Positions 26,857-40,504 of a stretch of 64,000 nucleotides of DNA are shown here, in pieces; position 1 is the first letter of the stretch, and each line of letters starts with the position of its first letter. The translations under genes and the position numbers were made by a program. This DNA is from Lama guanicoe (Eukaryota), in the NCBI GenBank assembly GCA_013239625.1, contig MU053810.1, positions 6,234,122-6,298,121 of the forward strand, given 5' to 3'. The notes under the pieces are model-generated. The model was not told the DNA's origin. It did not search any database and was given only the letters and a program-made list of their open reading frames with translations.

Positions 26857-29800
26857 CAGTCCTCAATTCTCTCTTAAATGTTCTGTAATGTTTGTAATTA
26901 TTTTAAAATAACGTCTCTTGTTTTGCCACTTTATTATTTATCATCTGATGTTAATTGAAGACTGTAGGCTCCTGGGACTAGCTAAATCCAAGGACTGGAG
27001 TACAGGTGTGAATGGTGGAGGAGGAGCCTCAAGTTCCACATGCTTCTGGGGCCTTCTGAGGCTCTTGGAGGTCCTGTTTGCATGGCTTTTTAAAGGGCTA
27101 CTTTTATCCTGGACAATATGAGAAGACACTGAAAGGTTGAGCACTGCTCTAAATCATCTAGGACACTGTAGTTCTGTTTTGTGCTACCAGAGTATTGGCT
27201 GCGTTCACATCCTAGCATTGTGCATTTTGACAAGATCTATCTTAGGCTACTTAATTTTCTTATCTTGCCTTTTCACTTCCCTTTTATTTCGGCATTCCTA
27301 AGTTTACTTCCTTTTATTTGTTTTCTATCTACTGGTACCTTCTACTTTATGGATGCATCAACTTCCTTTTCCTTACTATCATTTTCTGTGTGGACTCAAC
27401 TGACTTCTTTACATTGTCAGATATGGTTGTGAAGCCTCTAAATTACCTAAACAGGTCCTCAGAGTGGTTACAAATTTTCCATAAAATTTGACAAATATTT
27501 GGTGACAATATAGTACTTTTTTTTCAGTAACAGATTTTTTTTAATATTTAAAAACAAAATCAACTCCTCCCAGATAGCCCCCCAAACAAACAAAAAATCA
27601 GATTAAATAAAATTTACAGTGAATATACCCAGCAAACATCTGTATGTGCAATTAAATACTGTGTCTGTTTCTGTGGCACAAACCTCAAACAAACAATATA
27701 CAAGTGTTCTGGGGGTGGAGGGAGGCCCAAGTTTTAACTCTGTGGGGCTCGGGGAGACAAAATGGAGTGAGAGAAAGGGGAAATCAATTTCATTTTTCTT
27801 AATTCTGTCCATATAAATATATTCATAAAGACCAAAAAAGAAAGGGGAATTTGGGATGGCAAGGGAATAGGAGAACAGGGGAGTTTGGCTCCCAATTCTA
27901 CCCGACCAAAAATTATGAAAGAAATTAATTTCATGGTGAGAGAAGAAATAAAAAAACAATAGAAGAGAATAGGAAGGAAAAGGAAGCAACGTGGGGCCAA
28001 CCAGGGAAAAAGGGGACCCTTGACAGGGGAGTGAGAGTCCAGTGAGAGAGTCAGTGTCTGTCTGTTTCCATATTCATCCCTACTGTCTTAGGCTTCAGTT
28101 TAGTGTCTGCCACCTTTCTGCCTCTGTGGCCTGGCAGGACCTGCTCCCCCCAGGCCATGCCGGTCCCTTCCCCTCCTCGGTTCATTGGGAGCTGGCTCAC
28201 TCCAAGATCCTCAGGTCATAGTTCTTTTTGGCCACTTGAAGTTTGAAGTGACTCATGGAGTTGTTGAGGAGAAAGGAGGCATTCTGGGCAGCCAGGGGGC
28301 TGGGGAACAGAGCCACGACGTACAAGGCAGCGAGGTCTGCATGACAGCCGTTCTCAGGAGTCCCATCGTTGTCTCCCCCACCCCCACCAGGCAGCCCCTG
28401 AGCGTCCTTGAGCCACCGGATCTTGGCGCTGGACAAGGCAAGCTGAGAAGAGTTTGTTCACCTCGGCATGGGTGATGCCCTCAGGGAGCTGTTACCTCCA
28501 ACACCCACCCCAAGACAACATCTGTCGTCCCCAAGTCAGTGGAGGCAGATTTGAGTGCTGGTCTCTTGCTCCGGTTTCCATGCTTCAATCCACTCTGTCC
28601 CTGGTGCACTGTGTAAGTTGACTGGCCATGGAGCAAGAGAGGGCAGATGGACAGACTGTACTGTAATGGCTGGCCCAAAAGGGAGTAGCGCCCATCACCC
28701 TCTGCTGGACCCCCAGGCCGGGGGAACTGTGTGAGGACAGGAAGGGGACTGAGTCCTGTGCAGACACTGTTGAGGCTGGTGATAGGAGAAGGTGCTGCAG
28801 AGTGGGTGGGAGATGTGACAGGACTACTGCTCATCTGTGTGTTGGCCTGGGGGCTGCTGTCAGGACTGTACAGGTCTCCAGGCTTCTGCCCACACTGGTC
28901 CATGCTGTAATATTTACAGTGACTCCACTGGGCCATGGATGGGTTCTGGGGGGGGGGCTGGGGTCCATTAGGGACATTCAGCTGCATGACCACCAAGCCT
29001 GGTCTAGAAGGTGACACTCCTGAGTACTGCTGTGGCATCTGTGGCGAACTGCAGGGAGAGGGAGACTGAGGCATCTGGTACTGCTCAGAACCAGAAGGCT
29101 GCAGAAACCCCACAGAAGGGCCTGTACCACTCTGCTGAGCTGGTGGGATCATGCTGCAGTGGACGGGTACGCCCCCTGCTGGGAGGCCCCCTTGTGCAGA
29201 TTGGCTTGCTGGGACCAGCGTGGGTTGCTGGAAAGGCAGCTGGACCACGTTTTGTGAATCATTACCCACTGGGACTTGGTAAGAAGGTAGTGGAGTGTAC
29301 TGAACCACCAGGCCTTGCATCTGGCGCCCGATGCTGCTCCTCCAGTTGCTGAGCAGGCCCTGGTTCTGTGGCTGCCGGCCCCCAGTCGTGCCTTGGTAAG
29401 CCACCTGCTGCTGGTTAGGCATCACGGGCTGTAAGCCAGGCTGCTGGATGGCTGAGGTGGCTGTTGACTACGCTGGGGGCTGCAGGCCACCAGGTGAGAG
29501 GCAGATATTGCTGGTTGGAGTTAGGATGCTGTCCAGGGCGATAGTGAGGGACCTGGATCCGCTGAGGGGGCTGCACATAGCCTTGGGGTGGCAGGACTGG
29601 CTGAGTAGCAGATGCATGGCTAGAAGTGGAATAGCCAAAAGTGGGGAGGGGCTGCCCTGTGGAAGCCATGATGAAGCTAGTCTGCTGAGGGTGCTGGGAG
29701 ATAAGTGGGGGCTGAAACAGAGCTGAGGATGGGTCAGCTGCTTCAGCAGACCCTTGGTGGCTAAGGCTCATTTGTCCAAAGGGGTTGCTGAGATCATCTG

Positions 29801-30334
29801 CCTGTGAGATCATGTGATTATTCAAGGGTGGCTGCTGCCGAGGCGTGGGTGGGAGTGCAGGGAGCTGCCGCTGTGCTTGCTGGGCAGTACAAGGGAGAAG
29901 GCCCCAGACAGACTGGGATGAGGTGACCTGGCTGCACACTTCTGGGGCACCAAGTGCCACACCTAGCCTGGAGATCCTTTCTGCACTGCCACCTTTACTG
30001 CTCCCAATGCTACCACCCCAGGTGAGGACAGAGGTTCCACTGAAGCTGCTGGCTTTGGGGACAGGGGGCCGCATGGTTTGGACAGAGCCATCAGAGTCCG
30101 TGCCACTCCAACGCCGAGGCTCCAGGGATTTGAGCTCGCTGTCTGTGCTGCGCTGGCAGCTGCTCGAGGTGTGGCTCAGCCCCTCATGGTTCCCCACGAT
30201 GTCATCTAGGTACCTGTTCTGGCCAGTCTCTAGGGCAAATTCTCTCGGACCCTCTGATATTTCTCCTCTGTCTCTTTTACTGACTTGCTCCTCCGTCCAC
30301 CCTGCAATGGAACTCACATCTGGTTATCATCTCA

Positions 30335-30601
<267 letters not shown>

Positions 30602-30808
30602 CTATTGATTCTTAGAAAAGGATTTACATCGAATGTGCATGGTTCCTCACATATCATCTAAGTTTTAACAATGTTAATAATTTCAAGCTATTTAGGTTTC
30701 CAGGCTCCAGGGTCCCAGGCTCCTGCAGTAAGCACAGAATGTTACATGATCAAGGACAGATTGTTTTTAAGTTCAGTCACAAAACTTAACATTAAGTAGC
30801 CCATTTGT

Positions 30809-30992
30809 ATCCAGCCGGCTGTGCCTGTCTTAGGTTGTCCTCCTCTGAGGATCTTACCCGTCGTTGGCTAGCCAGCCGTCCACACTGGATGCATCGCATC
30901 GCCTAGGCCACCTCGCATCCAGCCGGCTGTGCCTGTCTTAGGTTGTCCTCCTCTGAGGATCTTACCCGTCGTTGGCTAGCCAGCCGTCCACA
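30809..30992 (-). promoter_or_regulatory. 108-bp tandem repeat, each unit carrying a CTE-like (NXF1/TAP-binding) RNA export hairpin; the remainder of the array is at 31940-32023
   Basis: Minus strand reads GGCTGGCT-A-GCC-AACGAC-GGGT-AAGA-TCCTC-AGAG-GAGGA-CA-ACCT-AAGACA-GGC-AC-AGCCGGCT at 30813-30877 and 30921-30985. CCAAxGACGGGTAA and AACCTAAGACAGG are the two conserved arms of the MPMV/SRV CTE internal loop (recalled). Confidence 0.8.
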
Positions 30993-31938
30993 TGTAATGG
31001 CTGCCCAAAAGGGAGTAGCGCCCATCACCCTATGCTGGACCCCCAGGCCGGGGGAACTGTGTGAGGACAGGAAGGGGACTGAGTCCTGTGCAGACACTGT
31101 TGAGGCTGGTGATAGGAGAAGGTGCTGCAGAGTGGGTGGGAGATGTGACAGGACTACTGTTCATCTGTGTGTTGGCCTGGGGGCTGCTGTCAGGACTGTA
31201 CAGGTCTCCAGGCTTCTGCCCACACTGGTCCATGCTGTAATATTTACAGTGACTCCACTGGGCCATGGATGGGTTCTGGGGGGGGGGCTGGGGTCCATTA
31301 GGGACATTCAGCTGCATGACCACCAAGCCTGGTCTAGAAGGTGACACTCCTGAGTACTGCTGTGGCATCTGTGGCGAACTGCAGGGAGAGGGAGACTGAG
31401 GCATCTGGTACTGCTCAGAACCAGAAGGCTGCAGAAACCCCACAGAAGGGCCTGTACCACTCTGCTGAGCTGGTGGGATCATGCTGCAGTGCACGGGTAC
31501 GCCCCCTGCTGGGAGGCCCCCTTGTGCAGATTGGCTTGCTGGGACCAGCGTGGGTTGCTGGAAAGGCAGCTGGACCACGTTTTGTGAATCATTACCCACT
31601 GGGACTTGGTAAGAAGGCAGTGGAGTGTACTGAACCACCAGGCCTTGCATCTGGCGCCCGATGCTGCTCCTCCAGTTGCTGAGCAGGCCCTGGTTCTGTG
31701 GCTGCCAGCCCCCAGTCGTGCCTTGGTAAGCCACCTGCTACTGGTTAGGCATCACGGGCTGTAAGCCAGGCTGCTGGATGGCTGACGTGGCTGTTGACTA
31801 CGCTGGGGGCTGCAGGCCACCAGGTGAGAGGCAGATATTGCTGGTTGGAGTTAGGATGCTGTCCAGGGCAATAGTGAGGGACCTGGATCCGCTGAGGGGG
31901 CTGCACATAGCCTTGGGGTGGCAGGACTGGCTGAGTAG
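30993..31938 (-). repeat. 946-bp duplicate of R3HDM2 pseudogene segment 28662-29608, nested in the LTR
   Basis: Identity at offset 2330; by eye 8 substitutions and one 1-bp deletion. Flanked by a 44-bp direct repeat of LTR sequence (30949-30992 and 31940-31983). Confidence 0.95.
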
Positions 31939-32110
31939 ATCCTCTGAGGATCTTACCCGTCGTTGGCTAGCCAGCCGTCCACACTGGATGCATCGCATCG
32001 CCTAGGCCACCTCGCATCCAGCCAGCTACATGACATTTCTCACAGCTTGTTTATCAATTCATCCAATGGCTTGTTCTCTAGATACTTCAGGCGGGGGCCT
32101 ACAGAGTTCA

Positions 32111-32389
<279 letters not shown>

Positions 32390-32743
32390 TTACATCCTGG
32401 GTTTCTAGTGGTCCATCAGGAAACGGTGCAGAGGACTCCTCACATACTGCACGCTGCCCACCACCTTCAGCTCAGAATCAGACGTGGCTCTTTTCCTGGC
32501 ATGACGACAGTTGTATGTCCGCCTCTGTGCCACCTGACGCAAACTGGTGACTTCACTCTTTCTCGGTTTCTTCCTTGCTTGAAGTCTTAGATATAAACTT
32601 GTCTTTGTTTATAGATTCTTCCACCAGCTTTTTTTTTTTTTTTGATTGTTTCATTATTTCCAGGGTCTCCTGAGTAGTGTTACTGTTAGACGTCGTCTTC
32701 ATAGGACACAGTAGCCTCTACGGACTCTTGAATAAATGTTCAG

Positions 32744-33263
32744 NNNNNNNNNNNNNNNNNNNNNNNNNNNNNNNNNNNNNNNNNNNNNNNNNNNNNNNNN
32801 NNNNNNNNNNNNNNNNNNNNNNNNNNNNNNNNNNNNNNNNNNNNNNNNNNNNNNNNNNNNNNNNNNNNNNNNNNNNNNNNNNNNNNNNNNNNNNNNNNNN
32901 NNNNNNNNNNNNNNNNNNNNNNNNNNNNNNNNNNNNNNNNNNNNNNNNNNNNNNNNNNNNNNNNNNNNNNNNNNNNNNNNNNNNNNNNNNNNNNNNNNNN
33001 NNNNNNNNNNNNNNNNNNNNNNNNNNNNNNNNNNNNNNNNNNNNNNNNNNNNNNNNNNNNNNNNNNNNNNNNNNNNNNNNNNNNNNNNNNNNNNNNNNNN
33101 NNNNNNNNNNNNNNNNNNNNNNNNNNNNNNNNNNNNNNNNNNNNNNNNNNNNNNNNNNNNNNNNNNNNNNNNNNNNNNNNNNNNNNNNNNNNNNNNNNNN
33201 NNNNNNNNNNNNNNNNNNNNNNNNNNNNNNNNNNNNNNNNNNNNNNNNNNNNNNNNNNNNNNN
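32744..33263. other. Assembly gap (520 N) inside the 5'UTR portion of the retrocopy
   Basis: Run of N next to a G-run-rich tract at 33264-33374. Confidence 0.99.
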
Positions 33264-35129
33264 NAGCAGGGGGACTGGGGCGGGGGGATGGGAGGGGCTT
33301 GGGAAGGAGGAGCGAGAGGGGAAGAAAAGGCGGGAAACCAAGCCCGGAAAGGGAGAAAAGCGGGGAGAGGAAGGATATAGTACTAATACCACTATTTTAA
33401 CTACCCACTATGCCCATGCTATTCAGTTAGTGCACTAGGCACCCTCTACTAAGTAGGAAATTTTTGCTTGGTAATTCAACTTACAATTTTAAATTGTATA
33501 ATTATACAACTTTAATATTCAAGTTTACATTAAGAAGTGAGGCTCTTACCCAAACCATTTTTTAAATATGACCAAAAGGCATATGAAAAGTACACACAAT
33601 CCAACGTATTGACATAGCTAATCTCTTGGATTCATTTTTCTATGGGTTTCTTTCTTTTTTTTAAACTGATTTTATCTCAAATTCTTTTTTTTTTTTTTCT
33701 GATTCAGTGAGTTTCTAAGATCAGAGCTCATGCTAGCACATACACACCAATATAGTATCTGTTCTGATAGGCTGGGCTTCCATTCTGAGTGATCAGCACC
33801 CATGCCCTATCTGAGACATTAAATATTTTGATTAATACTTCTGCCTAAGATGTTGTAAACTTGTTCCACACTGGATCCGATGTAGAAATGAAACAGACTA
33901 TGGCACAGTTTCAGCAAGATTTCAGTGGCAGGTGAGTTTCAGGATGAAACACTCCTCCTTCTAAAGAGCTGGTGCCACCTCAGCAGAAGTGCGGGTCATG
34001 GCCACTCACTGCTTCCTGAATTTCTTCATCAGGTCATTTCTCATGCCCGGCCAAGTTTAAAACCCTCCGAATGTGATGCATCAAGTACAGAATCATTTCT
34101 CTATATATTTAAGGCTACTCATGTATATATTAAATATTGGAGAATAGCCCTGCTACAATGCAAATGTAACTTTCACACAGAAAAACTACCGTGAATTTTT
34201 TCTCTCAAGGATTTTCCAAACAATTATATACTTTAAAATGTTCCCATTTTAGAATGCTGTCTTTTTTTTTGTATGATTGAGTTTGACTTTCCATTAAAAA
34301 TTTTCTGCAGTATTTGGAAAAACAGACTTTCCAAGGGTAGTATTATTTCAAATAGTGAATGTGTAAAAGGGAAATATTCTGTGTAACTAAGGAAGTGCAA
34401 TTCCTCTGGCTGGTAGATGTCACTAATATGTCTATGAGGCCGAGGTCTCTGTGTCCGCACTGAAGTTTAGTGAGGTTCTCTTGGAAAACTGGAGCAGAGG
34501 TGTGTAGAGGCCCTGAGTGACCTCGGACACTAGTGCAAGGCCAGTTCATAATATGCTGTAGCAAATCTTACTTCATTTGAAACCATTGTGAGTAGCTCGC
34601 ACTTTCTCATCTATTGTGTTCAAAACCATATACTTGACAATGCTTGCTGCTTGGAAAGCACTGGAGTAAAAACTTTGGTTGTGACAGAAAAGGAAGAGAG
34701 GAGAAAAGAGGAAAACGAAACTGGAATATTTGCTTAGGAACCACTCTGCTTCTTTCTAAATATTGGCTCCTGTTAACGTTGAGAGGAACTGTAGAATCAC
34801 TCCCTGTAAGAGTGTTCCAAATAGATTTTTCTCTGACAACATATCAGATCTTAAGACAGCTAAACATCCTTTCATCAAATGAGAACAGTAAGGAAGCTAT
34901 ATCCATACAAGACGCGCATTTACAGGCCAGATTTACATTTTCTTCTTCTGCATTCAATCCACTGTGATACGTTGTTTTGATTGAAATATGTGAAGAGAGC
35001 CTGACCTCATACATATATGCAATTGGCAAAGGAGTCTTTTAGTAGCTTTTTCACATAAAAGTCAGTTGCAAATGGTGAATCAAAAACCCTATCAATGAAA
35101 TTTTAGTTCTCTGCTACGTTAACATCCAT

Positions 35130-36000
35130 TGATCTCTCTTATACTTTGCAAAGGTCCTGTAGCTGTGTATTATTTTGTAAATCTGTGTAAAAAGCTGTGT
35201 AACATGTACTGGTCATGTGGAAAATACCAATTTATCGAATTAGGCAGGTATTCCCAAATACTGATACATTTAATTACATAATCTAAAAAAAAAATCGTAT
35301 TCATTAACAATCACCATCGGTCTCAACCAAAAAGTCTTTAAAAGTTGTCAAGTTCATGGCGGTGGATTCAAATTTTCTAAAATTCGAGGTTTTTGCTTAA
35401 AAGCTTCAATTTTATCTTTGGTAAAAAATACTGTCAATTGCTTTTCTGGAAGTGACAGTCTCCTTTCATTCTTTTGGGGAAAAAAATCTGCTACATACTA
35501 AAATCTGAAGCGTAGTTTTTCTGTCAGTCGTTCTTTGAAGCCAAATGATGTCCCATGAAAAAAGTGGCTAGTTTAGCTTGCAACTAAAGTGCACAAGTAT
35601 TTTTTCTTGAGGCAACTATCTTAACAGTGTATGAAGCAGGAGTACTTTATGTGTGCCTCTCATTTCATCACCTTGTACTCAGAGGTGGAGATTTAATCAC
35701 ATTTACTGCAGCATCAAGGACAGACTTCAGTGCAACTGGATTTTTTCAACTATAACTTCATGGTGGTGCAGGCTATAATAACTCCCAGTATAGGGTACAG
35801 TTTGGTACTGCCACCTGGATTCATGCTAAAGCTCACAGAGTTTTATTCATTGTTATTTTTGCACTAAAATGTCAACACAGTTTTAAAAAATGATAAATAG
35901 CATTTTACAATTATTAAGAAAATAATTTTGACCCCATGGACCCCATGAAAGTGGACTGGGATCCCTAAGATTCAAAGGACCACATTTTGAGAACTGCTGC
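35130..36000. mobile_element. hAT-Charlie (Charlie1-like) DNA transposon remnant
   Basis: Ends in ggaccacattttgagaactgctg (Charlie-type TIR); internal aaaagtggctagtttagcttgcaact, catggtggtg..g..tacagtttggtactgcca. Confidence 0.65.
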
Positions 36001-39000
36001 CTTAGTTACTACATAATATTGCTTTTTGTGTCTTAAAACATGCATTTTTCCATCCATGATTCTACTTGCTATCTTCTTAGCCATAAATCAAGGCTTGCTC
36101 CCTGACTTCATTCAAGTTTTTACTCAGAATTCACTAGAGCTTAATGAAATTTTATTTTGAGAATATGGCAAGAGCCTAAGGCACTGCAAATATTTAAATT
36201 CATATAGGACTGTAGTAAATATGACCTTGTATAGAGGAATCCATAAATACATAGAGAATTACACTATATTCTTTAAAGGCAAATGAATAACCAATTCCTC
36301 TAACATAATTCTACTCTTATCATTAGATACAGAGCTGTGCAGTTATTTAAAAAAAATACGGTAATGCTACATGTAGTTCTTCCTGTCTTTAATTACTATG
36401 GAATAAAAAAGTTCAAAATACTGTGCCAGTTTTATATATATATACCTCTTACATAAAAAGTCATATAATACATCCACCTACATAAAGTCAATTGAAAAAA
36501 TTTCCTTTTATGTAAGTTTTATACTTTTTGAGAATTTCATCTTTTAATTTTAAAACCAGAAACCTATTAGCCCAGGCTCTATCTGCCGCTGATCAAAGTC
36601 ATCTCAGAATTCCAATGCCTAATTTCTGCATTCAATGTTATTATCAGAATTTTGGCAGAGGGACCATGCTGATGTTTAAAAATGATATTTTGGCTTATAT
36701 CTAATCTGATCCACTGTGTGTTGATTTTATGTTTCATGTCTTCAGAGGCCAATCCTATTTGTCTTGTTTTCATGTCCTTGGTATATCAATGATAGACTTA
36801 AACCCTGAAAGGAATGGCCAACTGCTTAGTTTTCCAGGTGGCACGCATGTAATTCTTCCAAAATAGACATAGACCCTTAAATAGCACAAGCCACCCCCTT
36901 TTGGAAGCCTTATCAGAAATTCTCCCTGACATCTTAAGTGTAGCCTATGGTGTATCTGCCAAACCATCCTAAGAACTGCATTAGTTTCAACTCTGTTTGC
37001 AAGCAACCATATTCAATGCAGGCTGACTGAAAGCAAAAATAGAAAGGTAGTTGTGGGAAATTTGTTATTTGGATGGAGGGGTGTCTCACGGACCCCAGCT
37101 GGACTCAGTATGGGACTGGAGCTGGGAATTGCAAAGCTGCCAGGACCACCACTGCATACCCACTGTATCGTGCTCTTTAACAGTCTAACTTTTTCTCACT
37201 TCTTGAGTTCAAAGGGCAGAATGCAGCCACCCCACACTCTCTAGTGATGTGTCCCAGTCCCAGTCGTAAGGGGTCTCTCTTCCCTCATTACAAATTCTTG
37301 GGAGAAAGAAATATAATGGTATATGGATATATTATATGACATTTTATGTAAAAGATATCTAAATAAAATTCTGTCTGATAGCCAGTCCTAATCCCAAAAG
37401 CACAGTGCTGTGCTAAGTATCTATATACATTTTCCTGTCAGCTCTAGGTTGATTTGGAAACTGAGAACAAGATAGTGACTGACTTGCAAATTAACTCATA
37501 CTGGCTATTTGGGTTCTCCATGTGTAGTGAAGGTGGTGGCCATCACTTCATTTAATGTGGCAGAAGAGCCTTTTGGTACAAATATAATCCAAGGCACATG
37601 GGCTGTCTGATCAGGATACTTCATTGCTTTCAATAAGTCTAACAAAAGAAAAACCAAACTTGAGGCAATTTTGTTAGTTATAGAAGTATTTCACTGAGAA
37701 AAGCACCAACTCAATCACTGAACCCGAGCTGAACTGACAAACAGCATCCTCTGTGTCCCCACATGCCCTTTTCTGCTCCTTCCTCCCCTCCTGTCATCCC
37801 ACTTTCTCCACAGCTATTTGATAAACCTTCTCAGGGGAAGACGTCACTGATATTCTGTATTACCTCTCAGGAGGAACATTTTTTAAAGAGGACACTTGGA
37901 AGGGGCAATGCTTCATCCAAAGGGATAGACCTCTGACAGTATATTTACCTGCTCTCTGAAAGGACAAGGCAAAGAATGAAATACTTAGAGTGAGGTGGGC
38001 CGAAAAGTCCATCTTAGAACCCCTTGAAGTCCATCCTGGCAACCCTATGTATTAAAATCCCATATATACACGAAAGGAGCCCGTGATCCAGAGGGCAGTT
38101 TCTGAGTCCTCTGGAATTGTGAGAAATGCAAAACTTTTCATCATGGTGACTTGCAAATGAAAATCTGATATTCAAGTCTCTGAATATTACCGGAAGCAGA
38201 ATGCTGATGGTATGAAAAGGAACAGAAATAGCACCCCATTCACATGCAAATGTTCAACTTAATTTCAAATGAGTTTTTCTAAGTTGTGATATTTTTTGAT
38301 AATTTCTGAAAATGTTTCTCCTTAAAGAAGGGCCACATCCTTTCAAAAAAAAAGATACATTATATTAAGAGAATCACACATATTAAGAGAGTCACATAAT
38401 TTGCAAAGCTCAGGTGGTGACTGTAGAAATGGGATATTAATAATCCATGCAAATCTACTTTTATATTTCACCCTTGAGAAAATTAAAACAATATGCAACT
38501 CCTGAATAACAATTAGTATTACCATCTGTTACTACAGACAGATGCAGTTGATAACCTTTTGCTTTGGGCTTCCTGGTTTTTAGAACATTTTTCTTCTAAA
38601 CCCACTTTTTTTTTTTTTGGAAGAAACCTGAGCCTTCTGTGATGCTACACTAGGAAGCCAAATTTCTATCTAAAATTTTTTCACAAGTGATCAGGATAAG
38701 GGAAGACAAGAAGATGCACATCAGATTCACGCATAATACTGAATCAGTCGAGACTGAAAAACTGTTAGTTATATTGGTATTTTGTAGTAATAGAACATAA
38801 CTTAATTAGAAATTGAGAAATTAGAAGAACAGTCACACATAAAAAGGACAGAATTGGGGACAAAGAAGTTAATCAATTCCCTAATGCCCACACCTCCTTC
38901 TCTAAGAGCCTGACTGCCCCTGTAGCCCGGAGGAAACTTTCCTTCCTTCTATGTGACATTGACTCTTGTCCACAGAATGAGTGAAAGTGGAGTGACAGTG

Positions 39001-39568
39001 GCCCCCTGACCCTCATAATGAGTCACCCCAGTTCTCTCTCATGGGAATCTGGAATTGCAACATGGACACTAAGGGACTTTTGCTTCATGCTATTAAAAAT
39101 ATTTCTAGATACATGATACCGAGAGTCCTGGTGAGTTCTGTGACGAGACAGCCACATGCCAGCCCCGTCCTCCACAGTCTGGCCCTAACTTATCACCCAG
39201 CCTTCCACCCCACCATTCTCGAAATCAAACTTTGCAAAGGATCAACTTCTCATTAAGGTTGCTTTCTGCTTTCCTGTCTCCTTTCCTTTATTCATTTTAT
39301 CTCCTGTATTATGAAGTACATTTCCTACCACACTTTGCTATCCAATTTCTATGCTCCCTTCAAGTTCAGGAAGAAAGCTTTACTAACATCAGAGCACCAA
39401 GCAGGGGTGGGTATAGATGTAATCTGAAATATTTTTATTATGGATAAGTACATCATTGTTGAGGATTTGATGTGAGATTTGAAAAGGCAGACAAAAGCCT
39501 AAAAAATTAAGAAAATTATTTTTGGATTATCAGGAACTTTATAGAGCTGTTAGAATTGTAGGAGACTT

Positions 39569-39762
39569 CAGGGGAGGGTATAACTCAGTGGTAAAGTGCA
39601 TGCTTAGCTAGCATGAGGTCCTGGGTTCAATCCCCAGTACTAACATTAAACAAACAAACAAACCTAATTACATACCCCAGCCCCCAAATAAGGGTAAGGC
39701 TTTAAAAAAGAAAGAAAGAAAGAAAAAAAAAAGTTATTTAAAAAATTGGAAAAAAAAAAAAA
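39569..39762 (+). mobile_element. tRNA-derived SINE (camelid Vic-1-like)
   Basis: ggggagggtataactcagtggtaaagtgcatgcttagc...gggttcaatcccc (A and B boxes), A-rich tail, 17-bp TSD agaattgtaggagactt / agaattgtacgagactt. Confidence 0.88.
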
Positions 39763-40504
39763 AGAATTGTACGAGACTTGGAGCCAACCTTAAGAAGATT
39801 GTGATCTGGCAAGCAAATAACTTTTCAGTATAGTAGACTTTCTTGGAACTACTATGTTGATCTTTAAGAGGTAGGTAGGTGCACACCCACTACCTCTCTA
39901 AGCCCTCTCCAGGCTGTTCTAAAGTCTGGTGGCATGGTACATGAAATCTTCTGGAAAACTGGCCTTTGTTCTGGTTCTCAGCAGTAAGTTCAGAAGTGAA
40001 CTTGAACATGAACTCAGCTGGGAGAGTCTGGGGAAGTGGGCAGGTTTATTTATATATTTATTTTTGGTCTATTCAGGTTTTCTAAAAGCTATACCTTTAA
40101 GAAGTACTGACATCCAATTTTTCTTCAGTGAATTCTTTCAAATGTTCAAGAAACAGAAAATTCTGATGACTTTATAACTGTACTAGAGCATAGAGAAAGA
40201 AAAGTTTTGTTTTGTTTTTAAATAAAATCAGCATATAAATTTTGATGGAAATAGCACAAAAAAAAAATTATAGGCTAGGCTCACATGTGAAAATCTATGC
40301 AAAAATCCTGACTAAGGAGGAAAATAAAATCCAATAATAAACTGAAAAAAGTCCACAAAACCAAATGGAGTTTATCCTAGGACTTTATAACAGGCTTAGT
40401 ATTAGGATGTTTATTAACATAATTTACCATATAAATAGGTCAAAAGAAAAGATATTATCATGTTGGTAGGTGTAGAAGTGGCATTTGGTAAAAAGTCAGT
40501 GTTG

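Noticed and set aside
28481..30317. Long ORFs (314 aa and 300 aa) as a functional R3HDM2 retrogene
   Set aside because: They are fragments between frameshifts and stops in a GC-rich, low-complexity region. The R3H domain is split by the LTR, the ancestral start reads ACG, and substitutions look like CpG decay.
30809..32023. 108-bp palindromic repeats with an intervening host-derived segment as a CRISPR-like array
   Set aside because: Mammalian context, only about two long units, no series of unique spacers and no cas-like ORFs; explained by CTE-bearing LTR repeats plus a local duplication.
32031..32043. tgacatttctcac resembles the MPMV CTE stem sequence as I recall it
   Set aside because: It is on the strand opposite the CTE loop arms and too short to separate from coincidence.
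32677..33438. ORFs of 214-253 aa in the ORF track
   Set aside because: Artefacts of translating through the 520-N gap.
39569..39650. Functional tRNA genes at the SINE heads (also 40505 and 57513)
   Set aside because: A and B boxes are present, but there is no full cloverleaf acceptor stem, and A-rich tails and TSDs mark them as SINEs.
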